From Minisyncoccota bacterium (GTDB lineage Bacteria > Patescibacteriota > Minisyncoccia > Phycocordibacterales > UBA9973), in the NCBI GenBank assembly GCA_041661005.1, contig JBAZVG010000001.1, positions 479,515 through 543,514 of the forward strand: a DNA stretch of 64,000 nucleotides. The letters run 5' to 3'. The position numbers and the translations under genes were made by a program. Shown one piece after another: positions 45,157 to 54,906 of the stretch. Position 1 is the stretch's first letter. Each line of letters starts with the position of its first letter. The notes under the pieces were generated by a model. That model saw only the letters and a program-made list of their open reading frames with translations, ran no database searches and had not been told where the DNA came from.

Positions 45157-45756
45157 CTATATTTTATACTCAGCTATTTTATTTTTCTTAACCATATCAA
45201 TAACACCTTCCAAAAGTTTCTTTGGGTCATCACTCGCCATGATCTTTGTATAAGGACGATGACTTTTTTCTAAGATATCTTTGAGCTGATTCCCCATTTC
45301 CCATGGTCCTTCAAAAATACCTAGAGGCTTATCGTCTTCAAAGGCAACAGTAAACTCATGGATAGTCCCGATGCGTCCACAACCGCATATCACAGCATCG
45401 ACACAACGAGTGAGCAATAAATCACGCCCTGGGTAACCAAAACCTGTATAAATTATCAGGTCCATATAATCCAGCGGAAGTTTGTAGACCTCGACATGCT
45501 CTTTTTCGGATGCCGCAGGGGAAAATCCGATAGATATTCCGCCGAGTTCTTTCACTCCCATTGCCACCCAAAAAGGAAAACCTGTCGTAGCTCCCGTCAC
45601 CAGAATCGCTCCTTGTCGAGCTATTTCACGTCCAAGCTCTTTAGCCTTATCTAATGCGTTTAGTCCGCAGTGACCAGTCTCAGCCGCGCCAGAAACGCAA
45701 ATTTTTATTTGACGATGACCGTGCTTATTTTTCGAATTTAAAAAATTAGAATCCAT
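45157..45756 (-). CDS. LOG-family / TIGR00725-type Rossmann-fold nucleotide-binding protein
   Basis: ICVSGAAETGHCG...ILVTGATTGFPFWVAMGVKELGGISIGFSP. Confidence 0.55.
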   Translation of the reverse strand: MDSNFLNSKNKHGHRQIKICVSGAAETGHCGLNALDKAKELGREIARQGAILVTGATTGFPFWVAMGVKELGGISIGFSPAASEKEHVEVYKLPLDYMDLIIYTGFGYPGRDLLLTRCVDAVICGCGRIGTIHEFTVAFEDDKPLGIFEGPWEMGNQLKDILEKSHRPYTKIMASDDPKKLLEGVIDMVKKNKIAEYKI

Positions 45757-45780
45757 GCAAAAAAGTATATCACATATTTA

Positions 45781-45897
45781 GACAAAAAAACATAACTTTT
45801 GAAGGGGTTTCGAGGCTGACGAGCCGAGAACTTCAGGATTTTTTAAACTTCAAAAAATCCGTACCGGAAAAAGTTATGTTTTTTGTCTAAATTTAAC
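45781..45897. mobile_element. MITE-like element copy 2 (direct orientation, 19-bp TIR gacaaaaaaacataactttt)
   Basis: Same core as copy 1. Confidence 0.6.
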
Positions 45898-47257
45898 AAT
45901 CAAGCGTCACACTGCTCCCCTGTTCTGGAGCGTAAGCTTCGATTCCTAAATTGTCTCGCAATTTCTGCACCAGAAACATTGCCGACTTTGGCTCACCCAT
46001 AACCACAAAAACTTTCTTGAGCGTGTCCTCTATATCTTCAACAAAACTCAACAACCCATCAGAATCTTTATGCCCTGAATATCCAGTAATCGTCACAACG
46101 TGCGCTCGAACTATCACATCTTCACCCGTTATGCGCACTGTTTTGACCCCCTCCTGAATCAAGCGCCCAGGGCTACCCACAGCCTGATATCCAGTGAGGA
46201 GCAGTGTATTGTTAGGATCTGGTAAATAATGCCTCTCATGGTGCACCACACGTCCACCAGTAGACATCCCGCTTCCAGCAATAACTATTTTTGGGTTAGG
46301 CACATCGCCAATCATGCGAGATTCTTCTGATTTCAGAGTGCTGTGAAGTCCTGGAAAATCAAATAAATATTTATCATGCGACATTGCTTTTTGGGCATTT
46401 TCATTGAAATAATTTCTGAACTGCTTGAAAATTTCAGTCAGGCGAATAGCGAGCGGAGAATCCAAGAAGATGGGCATTATGGGTATGCGATTGTTTTCAA
46501 CCAGCGCATTAAGCTCAAAGAGAAGCTCTTGAGAACGTTCCAAAGAAAAGGTCGGAATAATAAGTGTCCCACGCCTTTTATAATTATCTTCAATTGTTTC
46601 CTCTAAAAATTTCCTACGATCGTCCCGCGACTCATGATTCCTGTCGCCATAGACAGACTCCATGATTAGATAATCCACATCGGTAATCTTTTCAGTGTCA
46701 GGCAAAAGCATTGAAGGCGAATTGCCTAAATCGCCGGTAAAAAGGATCTTCTTTCCATTGTAAATAAATTGCACCATAGCTGAACCCAATATATGCCCAG
46801 CGTTCAGAAAAGACATTTCCAGATTTGGGGTTATTTTTAACGCTTGATTATATCCAAAATCCTCCCACAACGACAGCGCTGATTTTATATTTTCGGGGGT
46901 ATAGATTTCATCCAAATGCAAATCCGTATTTTTTGATAAAATCCCTGCAGTATCTTCGAGCATCGGAAGAGCCAACGCTCGAGTCGGCTCTGTGGAATAA
47001 ATTTTTCCGTGAAATCCTTCATGAATAAGTTTTGAAACACGCCCTAAATGATCAATATGCGCGTGAGTAATAAAAAGAATATCTATCTCCTTTGAATCAT
47101 AAGGGAAAGGGTCCCAATTTATGTCATCCGCCAGTTTTAATCCTTGAGTGAGACCGCAATCAACCAGAATTTTCTTTCCATCTGCCTCTAAAAGAAAATT
47201 AGCTCCAGTCACTGAGCCAGTTCCTCCACAAAAAGTTATTTTGGCTATATTTTGCAT
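45893..47257 (-). CDS. MBL-fold beta-CASP RNA-metabolising metallo-hydrolase
   Basis: HAHIDHLGRV MBL motif and beta-CASP motifs; 454 aa. Confidence 0.6.
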   Translation of the reverse strand: MQNIAKITFCGGTGSVTGANFLLEADGKKILVDCGLTQGLKLADDINWDPFPYDSKEIDILFITHAHIDHLGRVSKLIHEGFHGKIYSTEPTRALALPMLEDTAGILSKNTDLHLDEIYTPENIKSALSLWEDFGYNQALKITPNLEMSFLNAGHILGSAMVQFIYNGKKILFTGDLGNSPSMLLPDTEKITDVDYLIMESVYGDRNHESRDDRRKFLEETIEDNYKRRGTLIIPTFSLERSQELLFELNALVENNRIPIMPIFLDSPLAIRLTEIFKQFRNYFNENAQKAMSHDKYLFDFPGLHSTLKSEESRMIGDVPNPKIVIAGSGMSTGGRVVHHERHYLPDPNNTLLLTGYQAVGSPGRLIQEGVKTVRITGEDVIVRAHVVTITGYSGHKDSDGLLSFVEDIEDTLKKVFVVMGEPKSAMFLVQKLRDNLGIEAYAPEQGSSVTLDC

Positions 47258-47287
47258 TATTTTATTGTACCCGATAGTGAGACTTTT

Positions 47288-47704
47288 TCAAAGCTCTACT
47301 ACCGGGTGTACCCTACTTTCCGGAGTAAGCATAATTCTTTTTGAAAAGTATAAAATTGCCAGCACACCTCCAGAAAGATCAAAGAAAATATCTGAAATGA
47401 TATCTAGAAAATCAAGCGGGTTTTGCGCAAGAGCACCATTAACCAAGATTTCAAACACTTCCCATCCAACCCCGATCAATAACACAAATAATAATATTTT
47501 TAAAATTGCATATACGAGATGATCTTTCGAAAAAGGAAAAATATAAAAATAAAGAAGCCCAAGCCAAAATCCACCGAGAAAGTGCATGATCATATCAAAA
47601 TACCAAATAGAAAAGTACCAATAGAATTTATTTGCAATAAAATTCACCAAAAAAATGAAAATGATTAGGAATATCAGACGTTGTATAAGCTTTTTTCTGT
47701 CCAT
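47288..47704 (-). CDS. polytopic membrane protein (VanZ-like?)
   Basis: Four hydrophobic helices; 138 aa. Confidence 0.3.
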   Translation of the reverse strand: MDRKKLIQRLIFLIIFIFLVNFIANKFYWYFSIWYFDMIMHFLGGFWLGLLYFYIFPFSKDHLVYAILKILLFVLLIGVGWEVFEILVNGALAQNPLDFLDIISDIFFDLSGGVLAILYFSKRIMLTPESRVHPVVEL

Positions 47705-47998
47705 CAGAGTATTATAGCGCGAAATAAAACTTTTTGATAAGAAAAAATCCGCTACGGTGCGGAGTTCTTCTTAGGACTATTTCAGATGTATTACCATAGC
47801 TCAAAGCTAGGTGGGTGTTAGACGTGTGCAACCAAGGCTACACTCGATCGAAACTCCCATAAATTAGTGTTCTAGGTAATAATCGGAAATAACCCTACCG
47901 AAATTATACGCCCTCTATAAATTCTAGCAACTAGACGGAAGCATTTTTTTGTTTTCGAATTATTTTGCGAAACTTTTGCATAAATTTCTTTCATAAAT

Positions 47999-48559
47999 TT
48001 ATTTCACACCCAATTTTCTTTGTATTTCATGAAGCATGATATCATATTTACCTCCAACAACATGATCTTCTTTTGAAATACCAATTGTTTCCAAAAACTT
48101 AAATAGTTCGTCTTGAATTTTTTTACGATTTTCTGGGTTTTCATCGGTTGAAATTTTTTCCGCCTCGACAAACTCACCTAAATCTTTTACGTTATCGAGT
48201 ACAATTTCCATATCTCTATACTTGGTTTTGATTCTTTTTTTTTCTACCAGAACAAACTTTTTGTATTTTAGAAGTTTCATAATTTCCATCATTTTTGCAC
48301 CATCTTTTATCTCTAATTCCTTTTCAATACAATCTTGTCGACTGGATTGGGAAATTTTTAAAGTGAAAAGAAAAATTCCATTCTGCTCTCGGATACGCAA
48401 AACTGGTGTGCTAAAAAGCGGAGGGAAGATAGAATCTTCTGGAAGAAAAATGTGATCAATTTGATAGAGTTCTTTCCCAAATTTACAACCTAAATCTTTT
48501 AGTTTTTTTATAACAGCTTTTTTGTCTCGTAGATGCGCTTTTACCTCAACTTCATACAT
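47999..48559 (-). CDS. CYTH-domain (triphosphate tunnel metalloenzyme) protein
   Basis: N-terminal EVEVKAHL (ExExK) signature. Confidence 0.5.
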   Translation of the reverse strand: MYEVEVKAHLRDKKAVIKKLKDLGCKFGKELYQIDHIFLPEDSIFPPLFSTPVLRIREQNGIFLFTLKISQSSRQDCIEKELEIKDGAKMMEIMKLLKYKKFVLVEKKRIKTKYRDMEIVLDNVKDLGEFVEAEKISTDENPENRKKIQDELFKFLETIGISKEDHVVGGKYDIMLHEIQRKLGVK

Positions 48560-48567
48560 AGATTGTT

Positions 48568-49152
48568 TTATTCATCCACCCCAAAACGTTTGTAGTCGTA
48601 AGTTTTTTTATCGCCAAACCAATGCTTTATTTCATGCTCAGCTTCTTCTGGAGTTTCCGAACAATGAACAATGTTCATCACTGCGCGTTTTTCTTTGTTT
48701 GCCAAAGCCGGAGAATCGATTGAGAAATCTCCCCGAATTGTACCTACTTCGGCTAAGTATGGCATGGTCGGTCCGGCAATCTTGCGAACAACATCAACTG
48801 CATGGACTCCCTGTACCACCATTTTTACCAACGGCGCGGACTCCATGTAATCAATCAACCATTTGCGGATATTCGGACCGATTTTTTCAGGTTCTAGAGT
48901 TCCAAAATCAAGTAACGCATCATAACCATACTTTTCATAGGTGGAAAGAGTCTTTTTGCCAAGTCTAGTAATCCACTCTTCATTTTTTGGGTAATGATTA
49001 TCAATCTGGTCGTGCGATGGCTGGAACATTTCGAGCGCCACAATCTTTAAATCTCGCTGTTCAAAACGCTTGATAATCTCTCCGGTAAGACCCTTACGGA
49101 CTCCGTCCGGCTTCAACATTACATATGTTCTTTCTTCTTTTGGATGTTTCAT
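48568..49152 (-). CDS. ndk: nucleoside diphosphate kinase (long form)
   Basis: ERTYVMLKPDGVRKGLTGEIIKRFE and the NIVHCSE active-site His region. Confidence 0.7.
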   Translation of the reverse strand: MKHPKEERTYVMLKPDGVRKGLTGEIIKRFEQRDLKIVALEMFQPSHDQIDNHYPKNEEWITRLGKKTLSTYEKYGYDALLDFGTLEPEKIGPNIRKWLIDYMESAPLVKMVVQGVHAVDVVRKIAGPTMPYLAEVGTIRGDFSIDSPALANKEKRAVMNIVHCSETPEEAEHEIKHWFGDKKTYDYKRFGVDE

Positions 49153-49189
49153 ATTTTTTATTCTAGCAGAAAAAAATAATTTTGCAAAA

Positions 49190-49765
49190 CTATTTTTTTA
49201 TCATTCCTTCAAAAGTTATAGAAGAATACGCGCCGGTACTGAAACCATATTTTTTATAAACAGTCCCAGCCGAGCCTATGATGCCATTTTTTGGGTCAAA
49301 ACCGAGTTCGACGGCTGCAGCTTCTGCTTTTTTATGAGAGCTTGATTCAATTTCGAGGTAAGTCGGAATAAACGGCCAAGAATCTATATCGAAAACCACA
49401 TCGTCTTTAATATAGCGTGTCCTTTTATTTTTTTCTTCAGTAGTTACCACGAGCCCCATGGCTTTAAGAAGTTCACAAGTTTTCGCATAATCATTGACAG
49501 AGACTTCAATTTCTTTTGCCCCGATATTCTCCTCACTTCCGTCATCTAATTTTTTCCTTAGGTTCTGCTTGTATGTCAACGTTGTTTCCTTGCCATCAGT
49601 TCGCACTCGGATCCAGCTATGCCTATCATTCATAGCACCATCAGGATAATCAAAAAGTTTTCGGCTATAGTCATAGCTACCCACTTTTTTCGCGCCAATT
49701 GCCAGCAATTTCTTCTCTAATTCCGGCACGTCAACTTCCAAAAATTTTATCTCAAATTCTTCCAT
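49190..49765 (-). CDS. CYTH-like domain protein
   Basis: N-terminal EFEIKFLEV (ExExK). Confidence 0.4.
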   Translation of the reverse strand: MEEFEIKFLEVDVPELEKKLLAIGAKKVGSYDYSRKLFDYPDGAMNDRHSWIRVRTDGKETTLTYKQNLRKKLDDGSEENIGAKEIEVSVNDYAKTCELLKAMGLVVTTEEKNKRTRYIKDDVVFDIDSWPFIPTYLEIESSSHKKAEAAAVELGFDPKNGIIGSAGTVYKKYGFSTGAYSSITFEGMIKK

Positions 49766-49889
49766 ACATATTATTTTATCATAACTTTCCTATATTGCTT
49801 GTAATATCATATCCCAGTTCTTTTGTTCGAACCACAGATTTTTTTAAAAAATAAATCCAATGGTCATAGCCCTTACTCTCTTTATATGA

Positions 49890-50525
49890 TTAAAACAGAC
49901 GGATGAGAAGGATGACCGAAGCAACGATTAAAAGAATCCCGAAAACTTTATTGATAACTTGAAGAGATGGAATTTTCATCCGCGCTTTTACAAGAGACAC
50001 GATGATAAGGACCCCAACCCACCAGAGAAATAAACCGCATATGATTCCCCCTGCAATCGAAATCATATACATGACACTTCCGACTTCTCCTCCACCTCCG
50101 AGCCACGCTATGAATCCCAAGATGGCGAGAAAAGTAAGCGGGTTTGTGATAGTAAGCATGAATCCCACACCTAAATCCTTGAGAACCCATTTAACCTCCC
50201 GCTTGATCAACCTTTGCTCATCCTCATCCTTGGTGGTTAAAAAATTCGATCTGGAAAACATAATATTAAGGCCAATGAAAAAAAGGAAAAGAGCGCCCAA
50301 CATGCCCAAACCTCTTTCTTCTTCGGAGATAAAAACAGAGAGAAAAGAAACACCAAAGGAAGCAACGAGACTAAAGACAATGTTGGCCAACATCGAACCA
50401 ACGATGATTGGGATGCTAGATTTCCAATTTTTAGCAATAATTCGATGGATAACAAAAATCGCTACCGCCCCCATCGGCACGCTGATTGCGAGAGCGACTA
50501 TTATTCCTGTCAGAAAAACAGACAT
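49890..50525 (-). CDS. LysE/RhtB-type exporter-like membrane protein
   Basis: Six TM helices; 211 aa. Confidence 0.35.
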   Translation of the reverse strand: MSVFLTGIIVALAISVPMGAVAIFVIHRIIAKNWKSSIPIIVGSMLANIVFSLVASFGVSFLSVFISEEERGLGMLGALFLFFIGLNIMFSRSNFLTTKDEDEQRLIKREVKWVLKDLGVGFMLTITNPLTFLAILGFIAWLGGGGEVGSVMYMISIAGGIICGLFLWWVGVLIIVSLVKARMKIPSLQVINKVFGILLIVASVILLIRLF

Positions 50526-50552
50526 GGGTTAATGTTAGCAGAAAACAAAATA

Positions 50553-53321
50553 TTACTCCATAGACTTATATCTGCCCATAATTTCAGCCTCCACCTCTCC
50601 CCTATCTCTGCCATATTTGACATAAGAAAGTTCTTTTAAATTATCCACGATGTCCATATTGCCCTTCTCAGCATCCATGGTTCTAAGATTGAAGGGTTTA
50701 ACCGGTTGGCCATTGACCAACATACTTATATAAGCATTGCGGTTATCGAGTTTGGTGATATCTTGGGCAGAAAATGTCGGCTTGAATTTAGACTCGAGAA
50801 ATGTCGCGTCTTCAGTGCCGACACGAAAAACAGCCATGGAACCCACGTTGCCAAAAACGGCATTTTTTATTTTCTCTTCGAGTTGAGTGATGTATTGATG
50901 GGCGATATTGAGCGATAATCTGTATTTTCGAGCCTCAGACAATATGGAGGCGATAGAATCAGTCGTAACATTTTGAAACTCATCGATATAAAGATAGAAA
51001 TCATTCATGGGTTTGCCAAACATATCTACGCGTGAGAGCGCCGCCATTTGGATTTTGCCCACCAAAACGAGACCAATCAAATTCGCATTGATGTCGCCTA
51101 GCCTGCCTTTAGAAAGATTCACCAACAGGATTTTTTTCTCATCCATGATTTTTCGGAAGTTAAAAACGGAATTCTGTTGGAGCACCACCGGACGCATAAT
51201 GTCATTTGAGATAAAGTTGTCGAATTTGGAAGAAATGTATGGAACAAAGTTCGCAAGAGATTGATCTCCCGTTGTTTGTTCGGCTGAAATCCAAAATTGT
51301 TTGATAATCGGATTCTTGCATTTAGCAAGTTTCATATCGCGAAATTCTTTATCTCCTAGCACTCTCGTTATTTCTAAAAGGGTCGAACCTGATTCTGGAT
51401 CTTCCATCACTAGAAACGCGCTATTCCTGAAATATTGTTCAAACATCGCTCCCCCACCCACCTTCATATCAAAAAGTTTGTTGAAAATCCCCATCAATTC
51501 ATTTACTACAAAAGTTTTCTGTTCCGGATATTTTGGATCATATTCCAACATGTTAAGTCCCATAGGACGCGGTGTATATGCCGGATCAAAATAAATCACA
51601 TCATCAATGCGTTCTTTTGGAATTCGAGAAAGAATAGTTTGAATATCGGTGCCGTGCGGATCAATATAACAAACCCCGTCGCCGTTTCTTATGTCCTGTG
51701 CAATCATGTTGAGCATGATGTTTGTCTTGCCCGTTCCCGTCTGACCGATAACATAGAAATGCCTCATCCTGTCTTCACGCGCTAGATGAATTTCAGTATC
51801 TTTGCCCCGATAACTATTTACGCCCAAAACTATACCCTCCTGACCCATTTCCATAGGCGCTCCTGCAATACCGGCCTTTGCTTCCTTTAATTGTGGCTGG
51901 CCTCCAAGACCGACTGGAAAATGAAACACAGAAGCGAGTTCTTTTAAATTCAATGGCATTATTTTGTCATGTGAAAAAGAACGATATGAAAAATCATGGA
52001 AAAGTTGCTTCAAATCACTCCCATGAGCTTTTTCAAAAACAAATGAATTACTAGCAGCTTCGGAGAATTGATTGAAAGAAGATTCTATCTCCTGCAAGAT
52101 CGCCTCCGCGCGCTCTTTTGTCTCTCCAGACGCAATCACACGGATATTCACTTTCATGATGGTGCTCTTTATTTTATTTCCTATCTTTTCGACTGCGCCT
52201 TCATCAACCGCGCGCCTACCTTTCATGTATTTTTCCTTACCATTTTCTTCAGTTTTTTCTTTATGCCCGAATAGAAGATCTTTACCGACTTTGAGAAACG
52301 CTTTGTTGAATTTATAGAAATTATCCGCCGCGTGTTTTATAGACACACCGTCTTTCACATCATCCAATATCATATGAAATTCATTTATAAATTTATCTCC
52401 GGCTGGCGCCACTAGAAGCTGAATCGCCGCTCCTTCACCCTTTGTTTTCAACTTAGAGAAAACATTTAGTATCATGTTCATAGGGTCATGCTCAATATTG
52501 TCATAAGTCTTGATGGGCATCACGCCACGCTCCGCGAGATTCGCATACGCTCCGACTGATCCGCCAGAAGCGTTAAAAATATTATAATCATCCGCAACTT
52601 CGCGGACCTTTGCATGGTGATAAAACGCCAAGATTTGTTTTTCAAAAAGTGAAATATATTTATTCGGTATCCCGGCATAAATAACCACTTCATCGCTCTC
52701 TCCGCTGAGCGCCACCTCAAGTGTAAAATAAATTTCTTTATCATTTTTTTTGTCAGGAGAAATAGATTGCATGCCGGCATAAAATTGTTCCATAGCGCCG
52801 ATAAATTCCTTGAAACCTTTCGACTTGTCGGCTTCATCCGTGGGTGGTGGAAGTGTTATTTCGAAAAGCGTCATGTTGAGAGCTTTATATAAAGGCGTAC
52901 CTTCTTTAAGGTCAAGTACAGCCTGACCTGTCTTCAAATATTGCACTAAGATTCTATGGAAATCATCATCAACGTGCGGATTCCCCATTGCTTCCACAAC
53001 CGAGAGCGCGTTACGAACCCCCTTGGTGATGACAATGCCCAGAAGCTCTTCCATGACACTATCATGAGATTCAGGTCGAAGAGCCAGTACTATACCCTCT
53101 GCTTCTTTTTTGTTTATGATGTGACTGTCGTGTACCACTTGCTCAGCTGGCACATCCTTGTAAGCGCCCACCACGTCATGTACTGCGTTATCTTTCGCAT
53201 TTTCAAAGTGGCCCAGTTTGGTGAGTTCCGCTTCGCGTTTTGAAACATGCGCGCGCAAATAATCAAGCTCTTCCTCTGGAGTTTTAAACTTCGGCATTTC
53301 CTTAAAAAAGGATGGTTCCAT
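50553..53321 (-). CDS. HerA/FtsK-superfamily (DUF87/VirB4-like) P-loop ATPase with large N-terminal domain
   Basis: Walker A GQTGTGKT, Walker B YLYIDEFQN, and ARKYRLSLNIAHQYITQL (HerA-type RKYG...QR motif). Confidence 0.5.
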   Translation of the reverse strand: MEPSFFKEMPKFKTPEEELDYLRAHVSKREAELTKLGHFENAKDNAVHDVVGAYKDVPAEQVVHDSHIINKKEAEGIVLALRPESHDSVMEELLGIVITKGVRNALSVVEAMGNPHVDDDFHRILVQYLKTGQAVLDLKEGTPLYKALNMTLFEITLPPPTDEADKSKGFKEFIGAMEQFYAGMQSISPDKKNDKEIYFTLEVALSGESDEVVIYAGIPNKYISLFEKQILAFYHHAKVREVADDYNIFNASGGSVGAYANLAERGVMPIKTYDNIEHDPMNMILNVFSKLKTKGEGAAIQLLVAPAGDKFINEFHMILDDVKDGVSIKHAADNFYKFNKAFLKVGKDLLFGHKEKTEENGKEKYMKGRRAVDEGAVEKIGNKIKSTIMKVNIRVIASGETKERAEAILQEIESSFNQFSEAASNSFVFEKAHGSDLKQLFHDFSYRSFSHDKIMPLNLKELASVFHFPVGLGGQPQLKEAKAGIAGAPMEMGQEGIVLGVNSYRGKDTEIHLAREDRMRHFYVIGQTGTGKTNIMLNMIAQDIRNGDGVCYIDPHGTDIQTILSRIPKERIDDVIYFDPAYTPRPMGLNMLEYDPKYPEQKTFVVNELMGIFNKLFDMKVGGGAMFEQYFRNSAFLVMEDPESGSTLLEITRVLGDKEFRDMKLAKCKNPIIKQFWISAEQTTGDQSLANFVPYISSKFDNFISNDIMRPVVLQQNSVFNFRKIMDEKKILLVNLSKGRLGDINANLIGLVLVGKIQMAALSRVDMFGKPMNDFYLYIDEFQNVTTDSIASILSEARKYRLSLNIAHQYITQLEEKIKNAVFGNVGSMAVFRVGTEDATFLESKFKPTFSAQDITKLDNRNAYISMLVNGQPVKPFNLRTMDAEKGNMDIVDNLKELSYVKYGRDRGEVEAEIMGRYKSME

Positions 53322-53354
53322 GCCTTAATTATACAACAAACTAAATAAAAGATT

Positions 53355-53465
53355 AACTTCTTAAAATAAAACTTTTTCCGGTACGGATTTTTTGAAGCTT
53401 AAAAAATCCTGAAATTCTCGGCTCGTCAGCCTCGAAACCCCTTCAAAAGTTTCATTTTAAGAAGT
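53355..53465. mobile_element. MITE-like element copy 3 (inverted orientation)
   Basis: Reverse complement of the 45054-45140 core. Confidence 0.6.
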
Positions 53466-53466
53466 T

Positions 53467-53763
53467 TTATTCAGTCAACTTCGCCTTCAAGTCTTTTATT
53501 TTAGCTTGATCTTCAAGAATTTTTTTAGCTTTATCTATCTGACTCATAGCTTCCAAGCCTTGCTTTTGCATTTCAGCTATTTCTTTTACACCTTTTACTT
53601 CACTCATCAAAGCTTCTTCAAAAAAAGCAAAAGTTAATTTTTCTTGCACTTCTTCCGGAAATTTTTGCAAATTATCAACCAAAAACTTCCGCGCGCCAGC
53701 TTCGTCGTCTTTATTAACATAACCTAAAAATTCGTTATATAAATCTATAAATGTGTCGCTCAT
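53467..53763 (-). CDS. hypothetical protein
   Basis: 98 aa acidic helical ORF. Confidence 0.3.
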   Translation of the reverse strand: MSDTFIDLYNEFLGYVNKDDEAGARKFLVDNLQKFPEEVQEKLTFAFFEEALMSEVKGVKEIAEMQKQGLEAMSQIDKAKKILEDQAKIKDLKAKLTE

Positions 53764-53765
53764 AG

Positions 53766-54857
53766 TTAATTTAATTTATCTTTTTTACTGTTAATCAATG
53801 TCTCAGTGAGGGTTATCAAAACATTATGCCAAAATCCCTTGCCTGAATTTTTTTTCATATAATACGTGTGCGCGTCATCAATAAACGTCTGTTTTACATG
53901 TTCCCGCTCTGCATCACTTAATCTTTCATAATTTGTGTATCGCTTTTTATTTTCCCATTCTTCTTCAAATTCAGCCTCATCAAAAGCTTCCTTTTTCGCC
54001 TCCTTAAATCCACTTTTGGGTTCTTCTTGAACTTTTTCATTTGTTAGTTCACCGGCCAAAGCATTTCTCATATTGTCATTACCACTGACACTATAAAAAA
54101 GAACAGCTCCAATATCTTGGTGTAAAAGATCTAATTGAGCAATAGAATTCTCGAGTGAATTTTCAGAAGATTGCAAACCCCTAAGAACATCTTCATTGAA
54201 GGTACCTCCCTTTCCCACCATTCCGCGTGAAAGCCAATTCATGGTTTTTCTTAACTCGCTAGGTACCCTGCTTGCCAATTCTCTTAGTTTTTTATCTTTC
54301 TCTATCGGATCTTCTATCGCGAGGACAGCTAGATATTCCTGTGGACTGATATTATTATCTTTACATATCTTTTCAACTTCATCATTAACTGTTTTGTATT
54401 CTCCTTTTTTATAGCTATCCAAAGTCTCCATCGCAGATAAAATACCGTTAAATCTGCTTTCATCGGTAATAGATATTTCTCTCAATTGACCTTGAATCGC
54501 CTTTATAGCTTTTTCAGGACCAAGAAGATTAATTATTTTTTCAAATTCAGGATGATTGCGAGCAAAATCAATTATGTTTTCTTTGGTTAGTAATTTCTCA
54601 ATTTTTTCCGCTTGGATAATTTTTTCTGAAAAAATCAACCTCTTTTCTTCAAGCAGGGCAATGTCGCTTTCTTCAAGTTTTCCTTCAGCAAGTCTCGATG
54701 CAAGTTCTTGATCTCCATCCCTTTCAAGCAATTTACCAAAGAGATGACTTTTGTTTTTATCTTGCAAAACTTGCGCTAAAGTATGTCCCTGTGGAGGCGG
54801 TGTGGCATGCTCTTTTTTTTCTTCTCTACTTTTCCTTAATGAATCTAGGATTCCCAT
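53766..54857 (-). CDS. hypothetical protein
   Basis: 363 aa; adjacent upstream ORF in the same orientation as the ATPase (the MITE intervenes). Confidence 0.35.
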   Translation of the reverse strand: MGILDSLRKSREEKKEHATPPPQGHTLAQVLQDKNKSHLFGKLLERDGDQELASRLAEGKLEESDIALLEEKRLIFSEKIIQAEKIEKLLTKENIIDFARNHPEFEKIINLLGPEKAIKAIQGQLREISITDESRFNGILSAMETLDSYKKGEYKTVNDEVEKICKDNNISPQEYLAVLAIEDPIEKDKKLRELASRVPSELRKTMNWLSRGMVGKGGTFNEDVLRGLQSSENSLENSIAQLDLLHQDIGAVLFYSVSGNDNMRNALAGELTNEKVQEEPKSGFKEAKKEAFDEAEFEEEWENKKRYTNYERLSDAEREHVKQTFIDDAHTYYMKKNSGKGFWHNVLITLTETLINSKKDKLN

Positions 54858-54906
54858 ATGTTATGTTTGTTATTTATAAGCTATATCTAAATAATAAACT
54901 TTTCTA

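Noticed and set aside
47750-47990. 240-bp noncoding stretch with a ccgctacggtgcgg hairpin considered as 6S/SRP RNA or a riboswitch
   Set aside because: No conserved SRP domain IV or 6S central bubble is recognisable. It is left unassigned.
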